A stretch of DNA of 64,000 nt from assembly GCA_035641315.1 (NCBI GenBank), contig DASQUK010000057.1:1268-65267 (forward strand), given 5' to 3'. The stretch's first letter is position 1; every line of letters starts with the position of its first letter. The DNA comes from Acidimicrobiales bacterium. GTDB lineage: Bacteria; Actinomycetota; Acidimicrobiia; Acidimicrobiales; VFJN01. Below are positions 15,997 through 25,160 of this stretch, one piece after another. Below the pieces are notes generated by a model, which saw only the letters and a list, made by a program, of their open reading frames with translations, had not been told where the DNA came from and ran no database searches. A program made the translations under genes and the position numbers.

Positions 15997-18492
15997 ATGC
16001 GACGCGTATGGGCTTGGATGGCCCTCAACTTCGGCAAGCACGCCGGCATCGTCGGGGCCATCGGCCTGGCGATCACCCTCGTGCTCGGCATCGGCGCCAC
16101 CAAGCTCGACTTCGCCACCGGCCAGGACTCGTACCTCAACAAGGACGAGCAGGTCTACGAGGACAACGTCGCCTACCAGGGCCTGTTCGGCGGCCAGGCC
16201 ATGCTCACCTTGTTCACCATGGACGAGGGCAGCGGCGTCGTCGACCTGTTCACGCCCGAGAACATCGCCCACCTGCAGGACATCGACGAGCAGCTCCACG
16301 CTGTCGACGGCGTCGAGGCGGTCGTCACGCCGCTGACCGCCCTGCAGTTCACCCAGAACCTGGCGGTGAGCGACAGCGGCGATCCCACCCAGAGCGTCGC
16401 CGGCCGGGCGCTGCTCGGCGCTCGCGCGCGCGAGCCCGACCCGGCCGCCAAACAGATCCGCCTCGACGACGCCGCCACCACCCTGGGGCGCCTCAACGAG
16501 ATCCCCGAGGACCAGCGCACGTTCGACAACCCCGAGTGGGTGCAGTTCCTGCTGTACGACAACCGAGGCGAGATCCGGAAGTCGCTCCGCCCGTTCTTCC
16601 CCGACGAGACCCACGCGCAGCTGGTCACACGCCTGGTCGGCAACGCCTCGCTGGAGGACGAGGGCAACGCCAGCGAGGCCGTGCAGGACATCACCCTGGC
16701 CGAGCCCTTCGATGGCGCGGAGGTCACCTCGACCGGGGCGCCGGTGCTCCTCAAGGACCTGAACCGCTACCTGCGGGGCGGCATGTTCACGCTGGGGGCC
16801 ATCGCGGTGGCGATCATGGTCGTGATCCTGCTGCTGCTGTTCGGCGTGCGCTGGCGGCTGCTGCCCTTGGCCGTGATCCTCGTCGGCCTGGTGTGGGCCT
16901 TCGGGCTCGCCGGGTACCTCGGCATCCCGCTGTCCGTGGTGACCATCGCCGGGCTGCCCGTCATGCTCGGCGTGGGCATCGACTACGCGATCCAGATGCA
17001 CTCCCGCATCGAGGAAGAGGTGGTGATCGACCGCTCGGCCCACCCCATCCAGGAGGCGTCGGTCAACCTGGGCCCCGCGCTGCTGGTCGTCACCTTCGAC
17101 GCGGTGTTCGCTTTCCTGGCGCTGCGGTTCGCACGGGTGCCGATGATCCGCGACTTCGGCCTGCTGCTGGCCGTGGGCATCGCCGTCATCTGCGTCGCCA
17201 GCATCGTCGTGCCGCTGGCGGTGCTCGGCATCCGTGAGTACCGCTCGCCCACCAAGGGCAAGGACTTCAGCCACGGCGTGCTCGCCAAGCTGGTCGTATG
17301 GCTTGGCAGCCTGCCGACCCGCCTGGCCGTGCCGATCGCGCTCGCCAGTGCCGCCGTCTTCGCCGGCGGGATCCTCGTCGAGGACGATCTCACCATCCAG
17401 AGCGATCCCGAGGAGTGGGTCAACCAGGACAGCCAGGTGATCGACGACATCGACGCCATCAAGCGCGAGACCGGGTCGTCGGCCGAGCTGGGCATCTTCG
17501 TCGAGTCCGACGACATCTTCAGCGACGACACCGCGGCCTTCGTCACCGACTTCGCCAACGAGCAACTGGCGGAGCGGCCCGACGACCTGCTCACCGCCTC
17601 GTCGCTCGTGACCACGGTCAGCTTCCTGTTGGAGATGCCCGACACGACGGTGCTCCCGCCGACCGGTGACGATGTGCGGCGGGCGTACAGGGTGGCGCCG
17701 CCCGACATTCAGAGGGCGCTCGTCAACCCCGACGCCGGGGCACTCAACCTGGTGTTCCGCACCGCCCCCGGCTCGCTCGACCACCGCGCCGTCTACGTCG
17801 ATGCCATCCGCGACGAGCTCGAGTCCGGCAACCTCGACGACGGCGACCCCATCCCCGGGGACGTGCGGGCCACGCCTTCGGGCTTGGCGGTGGTGGGCGT
17901 CGGCCTGCTGGAGAACATCGAGTCCAACCGCATCCTGCTGACCTATCTGGCGGTGGCGTTCGTGTTCGCCTACCTCGTGGTGCGGCTGCGCAGCTTCGTG
18001 CGGGCACTGCTGTCGATGGTGCCCGTGCTGACCGCCGTGGGCGCGGCCTCGCTGGTGGCGTGGATCTTCGACCTCCAGCTCAGCCCGATGACCGCGGTGG
18101 GCGGACCGCTGGTCGTCGCGGTGTGCACGGAGTTCACATCGCTGATCCTGCTGCGGTTCATCGAGGAGCGGCGGCGCGGTTACAGCCCCCAGGAGGCGAT
18201 CGACGTCACCGCCCGCCGCACAGGTCGGGCATTCATCGTGTCGGCGCTCACCGCCATCGCGGGTGTGGCGGTCATCGCCTTCTCGTCGCTGCCGTTGCTG
18301 CGCGACTTCGGCATGATCGTGGCCATGAACGTGGCGGTGGCGCTGGTGTCGGCGCTCGTGTTCCTGCCGCCGATGCTGGTGTGGGCCGAGAACCGCGGCT
18401 GGGTCACCCGGGGCATGCTGCCGACGCCGCCGACGGCGCCGACCCCGGCACGCGGTCCCGAGGTGCCCCGCCAACCGGTCGCCGGCTCGTGA
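15997..18492 (+). CDS. MMPL/RND-superfamily membrane transporter
   Basis: 831 aa with two 6-TM bundles, each preceded by a large extracytoplasmic domain (MMPL architecture). The 827-aa antisense ORF is a mirror artefact. Confidence 0.85.
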   Translation: MRRVWAWMALNFGKHAGIVGAIGLAITLVLGIGATKLDFATGQDSYLNKDEQVYEDNVAYQGLFGGQAMLTLFTMDEGSGVVDLFTPENIAHLQDIDEQLHAVDGVEAVVTPLTALQFTQNLAVSDSGDPTQSVAGRALLGARAREPDPAAKQIRLDDAATTLGRLNEIPEDQRTFDNPEWVQFLLYDNRGEIRKSLRPFFPDETHAQLVTRLVGNASLEDEGNASEAVQDITLAEPFDGAEVTSTGAPVLLKDLNRYLRGGMFTLGAIAVAIMVVILLLLFGVRWRLLPLAVILVGLVWAFGLAGYLGIPLSVVTIAGLPVMLGVGIDYAIQMHSRIEEEVVIDRSAHPIQEASVNLGPALLVVTFDAVFAFLALRFARVPMIRDFGLLLAVGIAVICVASIVVPLAVLGIREYRSPTKGKDFSHGVLAKLVVWLGSLPTRLAVPIALASAAVFAGGILVEDDLTIQSDPEEWVNQDSQVIDDIDAIKRETGSSAELGIFVESDDIFSDDTAAFVTDFANEQLAERPDDLLTASSLVTTVSFLLEMPDTTVLPPTGDDVRRAYRVAPPDIQRALVNPDAGALNLVFRTAPGSLDHRAVYVDAIRDELESGNLDDGDPIPGDVRATPSGLAVVGVGLLENIESNRILLTYLAVAFVFAYLVVRLRSFVRALLSMVPVLTAVGAASLVAWIFDLQLSPMTAVGGPLVVAVCTEFTSLILLRFIEERRRGYSPQEAIDVTARRTGRAFIVSALTAIAGVAVIAFSSLPLLRDFGMIVAMNVAVALVSALVFLPPMLVWAENRGWVTRGMLPTPPTAPTPARGPEVPRQPVAGS

Positions 18493-18659
18493 TCGCGTAA
18501 AGGCGTTCCCTCAGCCGGCGCCAGCGGTATGGTGGCGGGCAGCAAGACCCAGGGCTCCACACCGACATCGGGGCCCGACGGCTTCTCCCGGGGCCGCACC
18601 TGCGGGGAGGGAACCGTGATCCACCCGACAGCGCACACCACCGACCCACGCCCATCGAC

Positions 18660-19805
18660 GTGACCGCCGCTCCGGGCGGCGCCACCGACACCTCGGCCGG
18701 TGACGTCGCCATTCGGCTCGAACACCTAACCAAGACCTACCCCGGCGCGTTCCGACCCGCGGTCGACGGACTCGACCTGGCGATCCCCCGCGGCGAGCTG
18801 GTGGCGCTGGTCGGTCCATCCGGGTGCGGCAAGACCACAACCCTCAAGATGATCAACCGTCTTATCGAGCCCACCGGCGGCACGGTGTGGGTGGAGGGCG
18901 TCGACATCCGCACCCAGCCGACCCACGAGCTGCGCCGGGGCATCGGCTACGTCATCCAGCAGGCCGGGCTGTTCCCCCATCGCACGGTCGGCGACAACAT
19001 CGCCACCGTCCCCAAGCTCCTCGGGTGGGACCGCGCCCGCATGCAGGCGCGCGTCGACGAGCTGGCCGACCTGCTGCGGCTGGACCGGGGACTGCTCGGC
19101 CGCTACCCGGCGGCGTTGTCCGGCGGGCAGCAGCAGCGCGTCGGTGTCGCCCGGGCGCTGGCCGCCGACCCCCCGGTTCTGCTCATGGACGAGCCCTACT
19201 CGGCGGTCGACCCCATCGTGCGGGCGCAGCTCCAGGACGAGCTGCTCACGTTACGGCGCGAGGTTCGCAAGACGATCGTGTTCGTCACCCACGACATCGA
19301 CGAGGCCATCAAGCTCGCCGACCGCATCGCCATCCTCAACGTGGGCGGCATCCTCGAGCAGGTCGACCCACCCGCCGAGATGCTGCGGGCACCGCGCACC
19401 GACTTCGTAGCCGACTTCCTGGGCGACGACCGCGGCATCAAGCGCCTCTCGCTCATGACCGTGGGCGGCGCCTCGCTGAGCAAGGGCCCGGTGGTGGGCC
19501 AGTCCGCCACTGCCGACGACGCCCGGGCCACGATGGCCGAGCTGGGCTACGACTGGGTGGCCGTGTGCGACGGCGACGACCGGCTGCTGGGCTGGATCGG
19601 GGCTGCCGAGCTCGACGGCGCCACCGCCGTCGGCGGGCTGACGCCCAAGCCCTTCCTCGCCGTGGTCACGGCCGACACCACGCTCAAGGCCGCGCTCGAC
19701 GGCATCGTCACGTCCCGCACCCGCGTGGCCATGGCGGTGGACGGCGAGGGCCGCTACCTGGGCATGCTCACCGTCGACGACCTGGCCGAGGGGATCACGG
19801 CATGA
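18660..19805 (+). CDS. Osmoprotectant (glycine betaine/choline-type) ABC transporter ATP-binding protein with C-terminal CBS pair
   Basis: GPSGCGKTT, LSGGQQQRVGVARAL, LLMDEPYSAVD, then a tandem CBS-like C-terminus (OpuCA/OsmV architecture). GTG start; the N-terminus is uncertain. Confidence 0.85.
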   Translation: MTAAPGGATDTSAGDVAIRLEHLTKTYPGAFRPAVDGLDLAIPRGELVALVGPSGCGKTTTLKMINRLIEPTGGTVWVEGVDIRTQPTHELRRGIGYVIQQAGLFPHRTVGDNIATVPKLLGWDRARMQARVDELADLLRLDRGLLGRYPAALSGGQQQRVGVARALAADPPVLLMDEPYSAVDPIVRAQLQDELLTLRREVRKTIVFVTHDIDEAIKLADRIAILNVGGILEQVDPPAEMLRAPRTDFVADFLGDDRGIKRLSLMTVGGASLSKGPVVGQSATADDARATMAELGYDWVAVCDGDDRLLGWIGAAELDGATAVGGLTPKPFLAVVTADTTLKAALDGIVTSRTRVAMAVDGEGRYLGMLTVDDLAEGITA

Positions 19806-19859
19806 TGCCGTCCTCCCGGCGGTTCCCGTGATCGCCGTCAAGCCCGCCGAGGCCGTGAC

Positions 19860-20540
19860 ATGACCTCGCTTGCGGCGCGGCCGCCGAGCTGGAGCGGGTT
19901 CGGCTTCGACGGCAACTGGGACGTCGTCTGGTACTACATCCTCGTCCACCTGCGCATCACTGCGCTCGCCCTCGTCCTCGGCGCGGCGGTGGCGTTCCCA
20001 CTCGGGCTGGCCGGCTATCGCTGGCGCCACTCGTACCCGGCGATCCTCGGCGTCACCAGCGTGCTCTACACGATCCCGTCGCTGTCGCTGATCGTGCTGC
20101 TCGGTCTCGGCTTCGGGCTCGGGCTGCTCAACGACAAGCCGCTCATCATCGCCCTCGCCATCTACACGCTGGCCATCTTGGTCCGGAACCTCGTCGAGGG
20201 GCTGCGGGCAGTACCCGACTCGGTGAAGGACGCCGCCACGGGCGTCGGCTACACGCCGCTGCGCTCATTGTTGGTCATCGAGCTCCCGCTCGCCGTCCCG
20301 GCCGTCATCGCCGGGCTACGGGTGGCAGCGGTCTCCACGATCAGCCTGGTGAGCGTTGGTGGTGTCCTTGGCCGTGGTGGCCTCGGGTTCCTGTTCTTCG
20401 AGGGGTATCGCCGCAACCGCACGAGCGAGATCATTGCCGGCATCGGGGCCTCGATCGTGCTGGCCGTGGTCGTCGATATCGCGCTCGTGCTCACCCGCCG
20501 GGTGTTGACGCCGTGGACCCCAGCCCGGGCGGTGCGCTGA
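19860..20540 (+). CDS. Osmoprotectant ABC transporter permease (BPD_transp_1)
   Basis: 226-aa permease with 5-6 TM segments, lying between the ATPase and the second permease. Confidence 0.8.
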   Translation: MTSLAARPPSWSGFGFDGNWDVVWYYILVHLRITALALVLGAAVAFPLGLAGYRWRHSYPAILGVTSVLYTIPSLSLIVLLGLGFGLGLLNDKPLIIALAIYTLAILVRNLVEGLRAVPDSVKDAATGVGYTPLRSLLVIELPLAVPAVIAGLRVAAVSTISLVSVGGVLGRGGLGFLFFEGYRRNRTSEIIAGIGASIVLAVVVDIALVLTRRVLTPWTPARAVR

Positions 20541-21265
20541 TGGACATCCTCACCGACACGATCGCATGGCTGACCACCGCCGACAACTGGTGGGGACCCG
20601 CGGGGATCCTGCAGCGGCTCTGGGAGCACCTCCAGTACTCACTGCTCGCGATCGGGCTCGCCGTCCTCATCGCCGTGCCCGCCGGGTTGGTGATCGGCCA
20701 CACCGGACGGGCCGAGCCGGGCGCCTTCGCCCTGTCGGGCGCGGCGCGAGCCGTCCCCACGCTCGGGCTGCTCGTCCTCCTCGGGCGCTGGTACCCCGTT
20801 GAGGCGTGGCCGGTCATCGTCGTCCTCGCCGTGCTGGCCATCCCGCCGATACTCGCCAATACCACCACCGGCATCGGTGGCGTCGATCCAGCGGCGCGTG
20901 ACGCCGCCCAGGGCATGGGCATGACCCCGATACAGGTGCTCACGCGCGTGGAGGTTCCGCTCGCCGCCCCGCTCATCCTCGCCGGCGTCCGCTCGGCACT
21001 GCTCCAGGTGATCGCCACCGCTACGATCGCCGCCTTTGCCGGCCTGGGCGGCCTCGGCCGATTCATCATCGACGGCTTCGCCGTCAGTGACGACGCCAGA
21101 GTCTATGGAGGCTCGATCGTCGTCGCCGCGCTCGCCTTGGTGGGCGAGGGTTTGTTCGCCGTCGCCCAGCGGTCGGTGAGGCCCGCCGGGATTCGCCGCC
21201 GCCGGGCGCCGTTGCTCTCAGCCGCAGTCCCTATCCCACCCACAGCTGGAGGAGTCAGCACATGA
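20540..21265 (+). CDS. Osmoprotectant ABC transporter permease (second subunit)
   Basis: MDILTDTIAWL…. The ATG at 20540 overlaps the upstream stop (ATGA). The track ORF from 20513 is a short upstream extension. Confidence 0.8.
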   Translation: MDILTDTIAWLTTADNWWGPAGILQRLWEHLQYSLLAIGLAVLIAVPAGLVIGHTGRAEPGAFALSGAARAVPTLGLLVLLGRWYPVEAWPVIVVLAVLAIPPILANTTTGIGGVDPAARDAAQGMGMTPIQVLTRVEVPLAAPLILAGVRSALLQVIATATIAAFAGLGGLGRFIIDGFAVSDDARVYGGSIVVAALALVGEGLFAVAQRSVRPAGIRRRRAPLLSAAVPIPPTAGGVST

Positions 21266-22203
21266 AGCGCACCCGCCTGCTCGCCGCCCTCGCGGCCCTC
21301 GCCCTTATCGCCGGGGCGTGCGGCGACGACGACGACGATGACGCCACCGGCGATGATTCCGCCGCCGGCGACCTCTCGGGCCAGAGCCTCAACATCGGCT
21401 CGGCCAACTTCCCCGAGAGCGTCCTGCTCGCGGAGATCTACGCCGGCGTGCTGGAGGCCGGTGGCGCCGACGTGACCGTGACGCCGAACATCGGCTCGCG
21501 CGAGGTCTACTACCCGGCCATCGAGACCGGCGAGATCGACCTGCTGCCGGAGTACACGAACTCGCTGCTCTCGTTCGTCCTGCGCCAGGCCGACCCCGAG
21601 GCGGCTCCCGAGGCCACCAACGTCGAGGAGCAGCTCGCCGCGCTCGAGGAAGCGCTGCCGGACAACCTGACCGTGCTGACGCCGTCGACCGCCGAGGACA
21701 AGGACGTCATCGTCTGCAACCAGGAGACGATCGACCAGTACGGCTTCTCCGATCTCAGCGGCCTCGCCGAGGTGTCGGGTGAGATCACCCTCGGCGGCCC
21801 GCCCGAGTTCGCGGAGCGCTCGCCGTTCGGCATCCCTGGCTTGCGGGAGTTCTACGGCGCCGAGTTCGCCGAGTTCGTCCCGCTCGAGATCGGCCCCCCG
21901 ATCGTCGACGCGCTCAATGCCAACGCGATCAACTGCGGCAACCTGTTCTCCACCGACGCGGCAATCACCGAGAACGACTTCACTGCGCTCGAGGACGACA
22001 TGAGCATCGTCCCCAACGAGGCCGTCCTCCCGCTGATCAGCGTCGAGAAGGCCACGCCCGAGGTCACCGCCGTGCTCGACGAGGTCAGCGCGGCTCTCGA
22101 CACCGAAGGCCTGACCGAGCTCAACTTCGAGGTCCAGGCCGAGGGCTTGGCCGAGGCCGAAGTCGCGGCCCGATGGCTCGCCGACAACGGCTTCACGGAG
22201 TGA
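21262..22203 (+). CDS. Osmoprotectant-binding lipoprotein (OpuCC/OsmF-like substrate-binding protein)
   Basis: Lipobox LIAGAC followed by a poly-Asp linker. …NFPESVLLAEIYA… and …LLPEYTNSLL… are typical of OpuAC/OpuCC-fold binding proteins. Confidence 0.8.
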   Translation: MKRTRLLAALAALALIAGACGDDDDDDATGDDSAAGDLSGQSLNIGSANFPESVLLAEIYAGVLEAGGADVTVTPNIGSREVYYPAIETGEIDLLPEYTNSLLSFVLRQADPEAAPEATNVEEQLAALEEALPDNLTVLTPSTAEDKDVIVCNQETIDQYGFSDLSGLAEVSGEITLGGPPEFAERSPFGIPGLREFYGAEFAEFVPLEIGPPIVDALNANAINCGNLFSTDAAITENDFTALEDDMSIVPNEAVLPLISVEKATPEVTAVLDEVSAALDTEGLTELNFEVQAEGLAEAEVAARWLADNGFTE

Positions 22204-22267
22204 CCTGACACGAGGGTTTCCTGCGGACATGTGTCGCAGATCGCAGCTGCGCTGCAGACCGTGCGTT

Positions 22268-22369
22268 GCCCGAGGTCATAGGCGCCACGATGCCGGGGGC
22301 GAGGGTCATAGGTTCGGATCAGGAACCCAATGCCTCGGGCCCGGTTTGCCGGAACCTATGACCTCGGGC
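22268..22369. repeat. Four ~19-nt units (two direct, two inverted) forming a nested hairpin between the opu operon and pdxH
   Basis: The unit is GCCCGAGGTCATAGGTTCC. Direct copies lie at 22268-22286 and 22298-22317, and inverted copies at 22322-22340 (degenerate) and 22351-22369. Confidence 0.7.
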
Positions 22370-22397
22370 TTGGTGCCGCTGAGCTAGACCCCACGGC

Positions 22398-23042
22398 GTG
22401 GACATTCCCCGCCTCCGCCAGGAGTACGCCGACGCCGGGCTGGCGGAGGGCGACCTGGCCGCCGCTCCGATCGAGCAGTTCCGTCGCTGGTTCGCCGCGT
22501 GGCGCGACGTGGCGGTGGGTGAGCCCGAGGCCATGGTCGTCACGTCGGCGACGCCCGATGGCCGGCCGTCGGTCCGCATGGTGCTGTTGCGCCGCTTCGA
22601 CGCCGACGGCTTCGTGTTCTTCTCCAACCGCGACAGCCGCAAGGGACGGGAGATGGCGGCCAACCCGCGCGTGGCGCTCCTGTTCCCATGGCACCCTGTC
22701 GGCCGCCAGGTCATCGTCGAGGGGACGGCGGCTCCGATCTCCGACGAGGACTCCGACGCCTACTGGGTCACCCGACCCCGTGGCAGCCAGATCGCCGCCA
22801 GCGCCTCACCGCAGAGCCAGGTCGTCCCCGACCGCGCCACGCTGGAACGACGCTTCGCCGAGGTGGCGCGGCGCCACGAGGGCCAGCCCGTGCCCCGCCC
22901 CGACAACTGGGGCGGCATCTGCGTGTCACCCGACCGCGTCGAGTTCTGGCAGAACCGCGACCGGCGCATGCACGACCGGCTGGTCTACTGGCGGGACACC
23001 ACCCGGTCGTCCGGCTGGCGCATCGAGCGCCTGGCCCCCTGA
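22398..23042 (+). CDS. pdxH: Pyridoxamine 5'-phosphate oxidase
   Basis: 214 aa. …MVLLRRFDADGFVFFSNRDSRKGREMAANPRVALLF… and the C-terminal …EFWQNRDRRMHDRLVY… are PdxH signatures. GTG start. Confidence 0.92.
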   Translation: MDIPRLRQEYADAGLAEGDLAAAPIEQFRRWFAAWRDVAVGEPEAMVVTSATPDGRPSVRMVLLRRFDADGFVFFSNRDSRKGREMAANPRVALLFPWHPVGRQVIVEGTAAPISDEDSDAYWVTRPRGSQIAASASPQSQVVPDRATLERRFAEVARRHEGQPVPRPDNWGGICVSPDRVEFWQNRDRRMHDRLVYWRDTTRSSGWRIERLAP

Positions 23043-23980
23043 CGCCGTGTGCCGTAGACGCCGTAGACCGCGAGGATCAGCGCGGCGAGCACCACCCCCA
23101 CGGTGACGGCGATGCGCACCGAGCCCGTGCGCTGGATCCAGTCGCTGACGTCATAGGACCAGCCGGTTACCACGTCGGTGATGCTCGACGACGGGATCAC
23201 GCCGCCCGACGCCCGCGCCACCCGCACCTCGAGCCAGCCGTAGTAGGCCACGTAGGCGCCGGCCAGCGCCACCAGCCCGCCCGCCACCCGACCGATGTAG
23301 GGCTGGACCCGGCGCAGGAACCGCACGACCGAGGTGCGCGCCAGCGCCATGGCCACCGTGAGCCCGGTCAGCACCAGCGTCATGCCCAGGGCGTAGATGC
23401 CGAACACCAGCAGGCCGTCGGCCACCGACTCCCGGTTGATCGTGCCCGATACCGCGGTGAGGAACAGCGGCAGGGTGCAGCCGATCGAGGCGATGGCGTA
23501 CGACACGCCGAACACGAACATCGACGGCGCCGTCCGCTCCCGGCCGCCCCGGTCCAGCCGGGGCAGCTTCACGTTGAGCTCGAAGCCGCCGAGCATGGCG
23601 AGGCCGAGCGCGAACAGCGCCAAGCCGATGACGATCGAGATCCACGGCACGTTCTCGTAGACGGGCAGCGACGTCAGCTCCACCGCCAGCCCCGCCAGCG
23701 CGAAGACGGCCATGAACCCGGCCGACACGGCTAGCGCCACTCGCAGCGCGGTGGCGACGCTCGCCCGGGCCTCGCCCACCTCCCGGCCCGAGACACGTCT
23801 CCCGCTCCCACGGCCGCTCGGGCCGGGGGAGCGGAAGGCATGTTCGTCGATCCCCAGGAAGTAGGCCAGGTAGGCGGGCAGCATGGCGAACCCGCAGGGG
23901 TTGACGGCGGCCACCATGCCCTGGGTCAGGAACAGGGCGAGCGGCCCCTCGGGGCCGATGCGGGCGAGCACGCCGATCAC
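22985..23980 (-). CDS. ccdA: Cytochrome c biogenesis thiol-reductant transporter CcdA (DsbD-family), with an enlarged first loop and C-terminal extension
   Basis: …AAVNPCGFAMLPAYLAYFLG… and …ASIGCTLPLFL… are the two CcdA Cys motifs. The GTG at 23980 overlaps the resA-like stop (GTGA). The 3' end overlaps convergent pdxH by 58 nt, so the C-terminus is uncertain. The upper part of the track ORF 22985..24850 is read-through. Confidence 0.8.
   Translation of the reverse strand: MIGVLARIGPEGPLALFLTQGMVAAVNPCGFAMLPAYLAYFLGIDEHAFRSPGPSGRGSGRRVSGREVGEARASVATALRVALAVSAGFMAVFALAGLAVELTSLPVYENVPWISIVIGLALFALGLAMLGGFELNVKLPRLDRGGRERTAPSMFVFGVSYAIASIGCTLPLFLTAVSGTINRESVADGLLVFGIYALGMTLVLTGLTVAMALARTSVVRFLRRVQPYIGRVAGGLVALAGAYVAYYGWLEVRVARASGGVIPSSSITDVVTGWSYDVSDWIQRTGSVRIAVTVGVVLAALILAVYGVYGTRRQGARRSMRQPDDRVVSRQ
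23798..23838 (+). repeat. REP-like unit (short hairpin form) lying in frame inside ccdA
   Basis: TCTCCCGCTCCCACGGCCGCTCGGGCCGGGGGAGCGGAAGG has the same core as 43215..43252. It is translated on the minus strand as …AFRSPGPSGRGSGR… within the first CcdA loop. Confidence 0.75.
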
Positions 23981-24564
23981 GCGGCGATCCCGAAGTGGTC
24001 CTCGAGCGCCGAGCGCAGCCCGGCTTCGTCGAAGGCCCGGCTGCGGACGTCGACCACCGTGCCGTCGGCGTCGATGAACACGGTGGTCGGCATGTTGATG
24101 CCGCCGAAGTAGGTGAGCGCGTCCTGCCCGCTGTCGCCGAACGTGGGGTACGTGACGCCGGTGCGCTCGACCGTGTCGAGGGCCAGCTCGTCGCTGTCCT
24201 GGTAGGCGATGCCGATGATCGTGACGCGGTCGCCGACGTCCCGGTGGACCGCCTCGAAGGCCGGCATCTCGCGGATGCAGGGCACGCACCACGAGGCGTA
24301 GAAGTTCACGACGACCGGCGTGGACCCCAGCAGCTCGCCCAGCTTGCGGTCGGGGCCGCCGTCGAGCGCCGCCAGCGTCACGTCGGCGGTCGAGTCCGGC
24401 AGCTCGCCTGCGGGGGTGAGCTGGTACGAGTCCGACTCGGCGGCGTCGTCGTCGGCCGACGAGTCGTCGTCGTCCCCGAACAGGGCCACGGCTCCGATCG
24501 CCACGACCACGGCCAATGCGGTGGCGATGACCAGGGGAAACGGGTGGATGCGGCGGGCGGCCAC
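23977..24564 (-). CDS. TlpA/ResA-like thiol-disulfide oxidoreductase (membrane-anchored thioredoxin fold)
   Basis: N-terminal TM anchor, then the WCVPC active site within …VVVNFYASWCVPCIREMP…. Lies upstream of ccdA in the same operon. Confidence 0.88.
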   Translation of the reverse strand: MAARRIHPFPLVIATALAVVVAIGAVALFGDDDDSSADDDAAESDSYQLTPAGELPDSTADVTLAALDGGPDRKLGELLGSTPVVVNFYASWCVPCIREMPAFEAVHRDVGDRVTIIGIAYQDSDELALDTVERTGVTYPTFGDSGQDALTYFGGINMPTTVFIDADGTVVDVRSRAFDEAGLRSALEDHFGIAA

Positions 24565-24618
24565 GGGCTACGACCGTACCGCCGGGGCTCGTATCATCGG
24601 CAATCGCCCCGACCCGCC

Positions 24619-24657
24619 GGCCTGGGGGCACCGCCGCCGCGCGGTGGCCCCCAGGCC
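24619..24657 (-). terminator. GC-rich hairpin immediately downstream of the whiB7-like stop
   Basis: GGCCTGGGGGCACC-(10 nt)-GGTGGCCCCCAGGCC forms a ~14-bp stem. There is no clear U-tract, so it may be a factor-independent terminator or only a stabilising hairpin. Confidence 0.5.
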
Positions 24658-24668
24658 TCGTGCAGGAC

Positions 24669-25076
24669 CTATGCGATACGCACGATCGCCACGTCCTGCA
24701 GGTGCTCGGGGATGGGAATCTCGGGAAGCTGGTCCTCGGGCCGGGGCAGCTTGGGCGGACGGCCCCGGCGCCGCTTGGTGGCGAGGATCTTCCCGTTGAG
24801 GAACAGCTGACCGCCCCAGACGCCCCAGGGCTCGCGCCGCTCGAGGGCACCCTCGAGGCAGGGGATCATGGCCGGGCAGGTGGCACAGATGTGCTTGGCC
24901 CGGGCGACGTCCTGCAGCTCCTCGCTGAAGAACATGCCGGCGAGCCGGCCGCTGCCGTCGTTGCAGCGGGCATGCGCCCACCACGTGTCCTCGCTGGTGA
25001 GGGCGTCGGGCTCGGCCTCATCGGTACTTCGGTCGGTCAGGTCGAGTATCTCGTCGGGTGCCAGTGGGGCGATCAT
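24669..25076 (-). CDS. whiB7: WhiB-family Fe-S transcription factor with C-terminal AT-hook (WhiB7-like)
   Basis: 135 aa with four Cys (C-x27-C-x2-C-x5-C). …ALERREPWGVWGGQLF… is followed by KRRRGRPPK, matching the M. tuberculosis WhiB7 layout (…AEPWGVWGGEIF…RPRGRPRK). Confidence 0.85.
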   Translation of the reverse strand: MIAPLAPDEILDLTDRSTDEAEPDALTSEDTWWAHARCNDGSGRLAGMFFSEELQDVARAKHICATCPAMIPCLEGALERREPWGVWGGQLFLNGKILATKRRRGRPPKLPRPEDQLPEIPIPEHLQDVAIVRIA

Positions 25077-25160
25077 CGGCCTATTCCCTTTGCGTCTGTT
25101 GTCGTGTCTGTATTGGTCAGTCGTTACGGGTTGTCGGTGTCGGGTCGGCGGAGGTGGCGG

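Noticed and set aside
15991-18474. 827-aa ORF antisense to the MMPL transporter
   Set aside because: Same artefact. The sense strand has coherent TM and periplasmic domain architecture, and the antisense product is R/G/D/H-rich with no recognisable motifs.
22985-23042. 58-nt convergent overlap of pdxH and ccdA as a sign of a frameshift or pseudogene
   Set aside because: Both ORFs are intact through their conserved regions. The overlap only involves a non-conserved ccdA C-terminal tail, so it is more likely a C-terminus uncertainty than gene decay.
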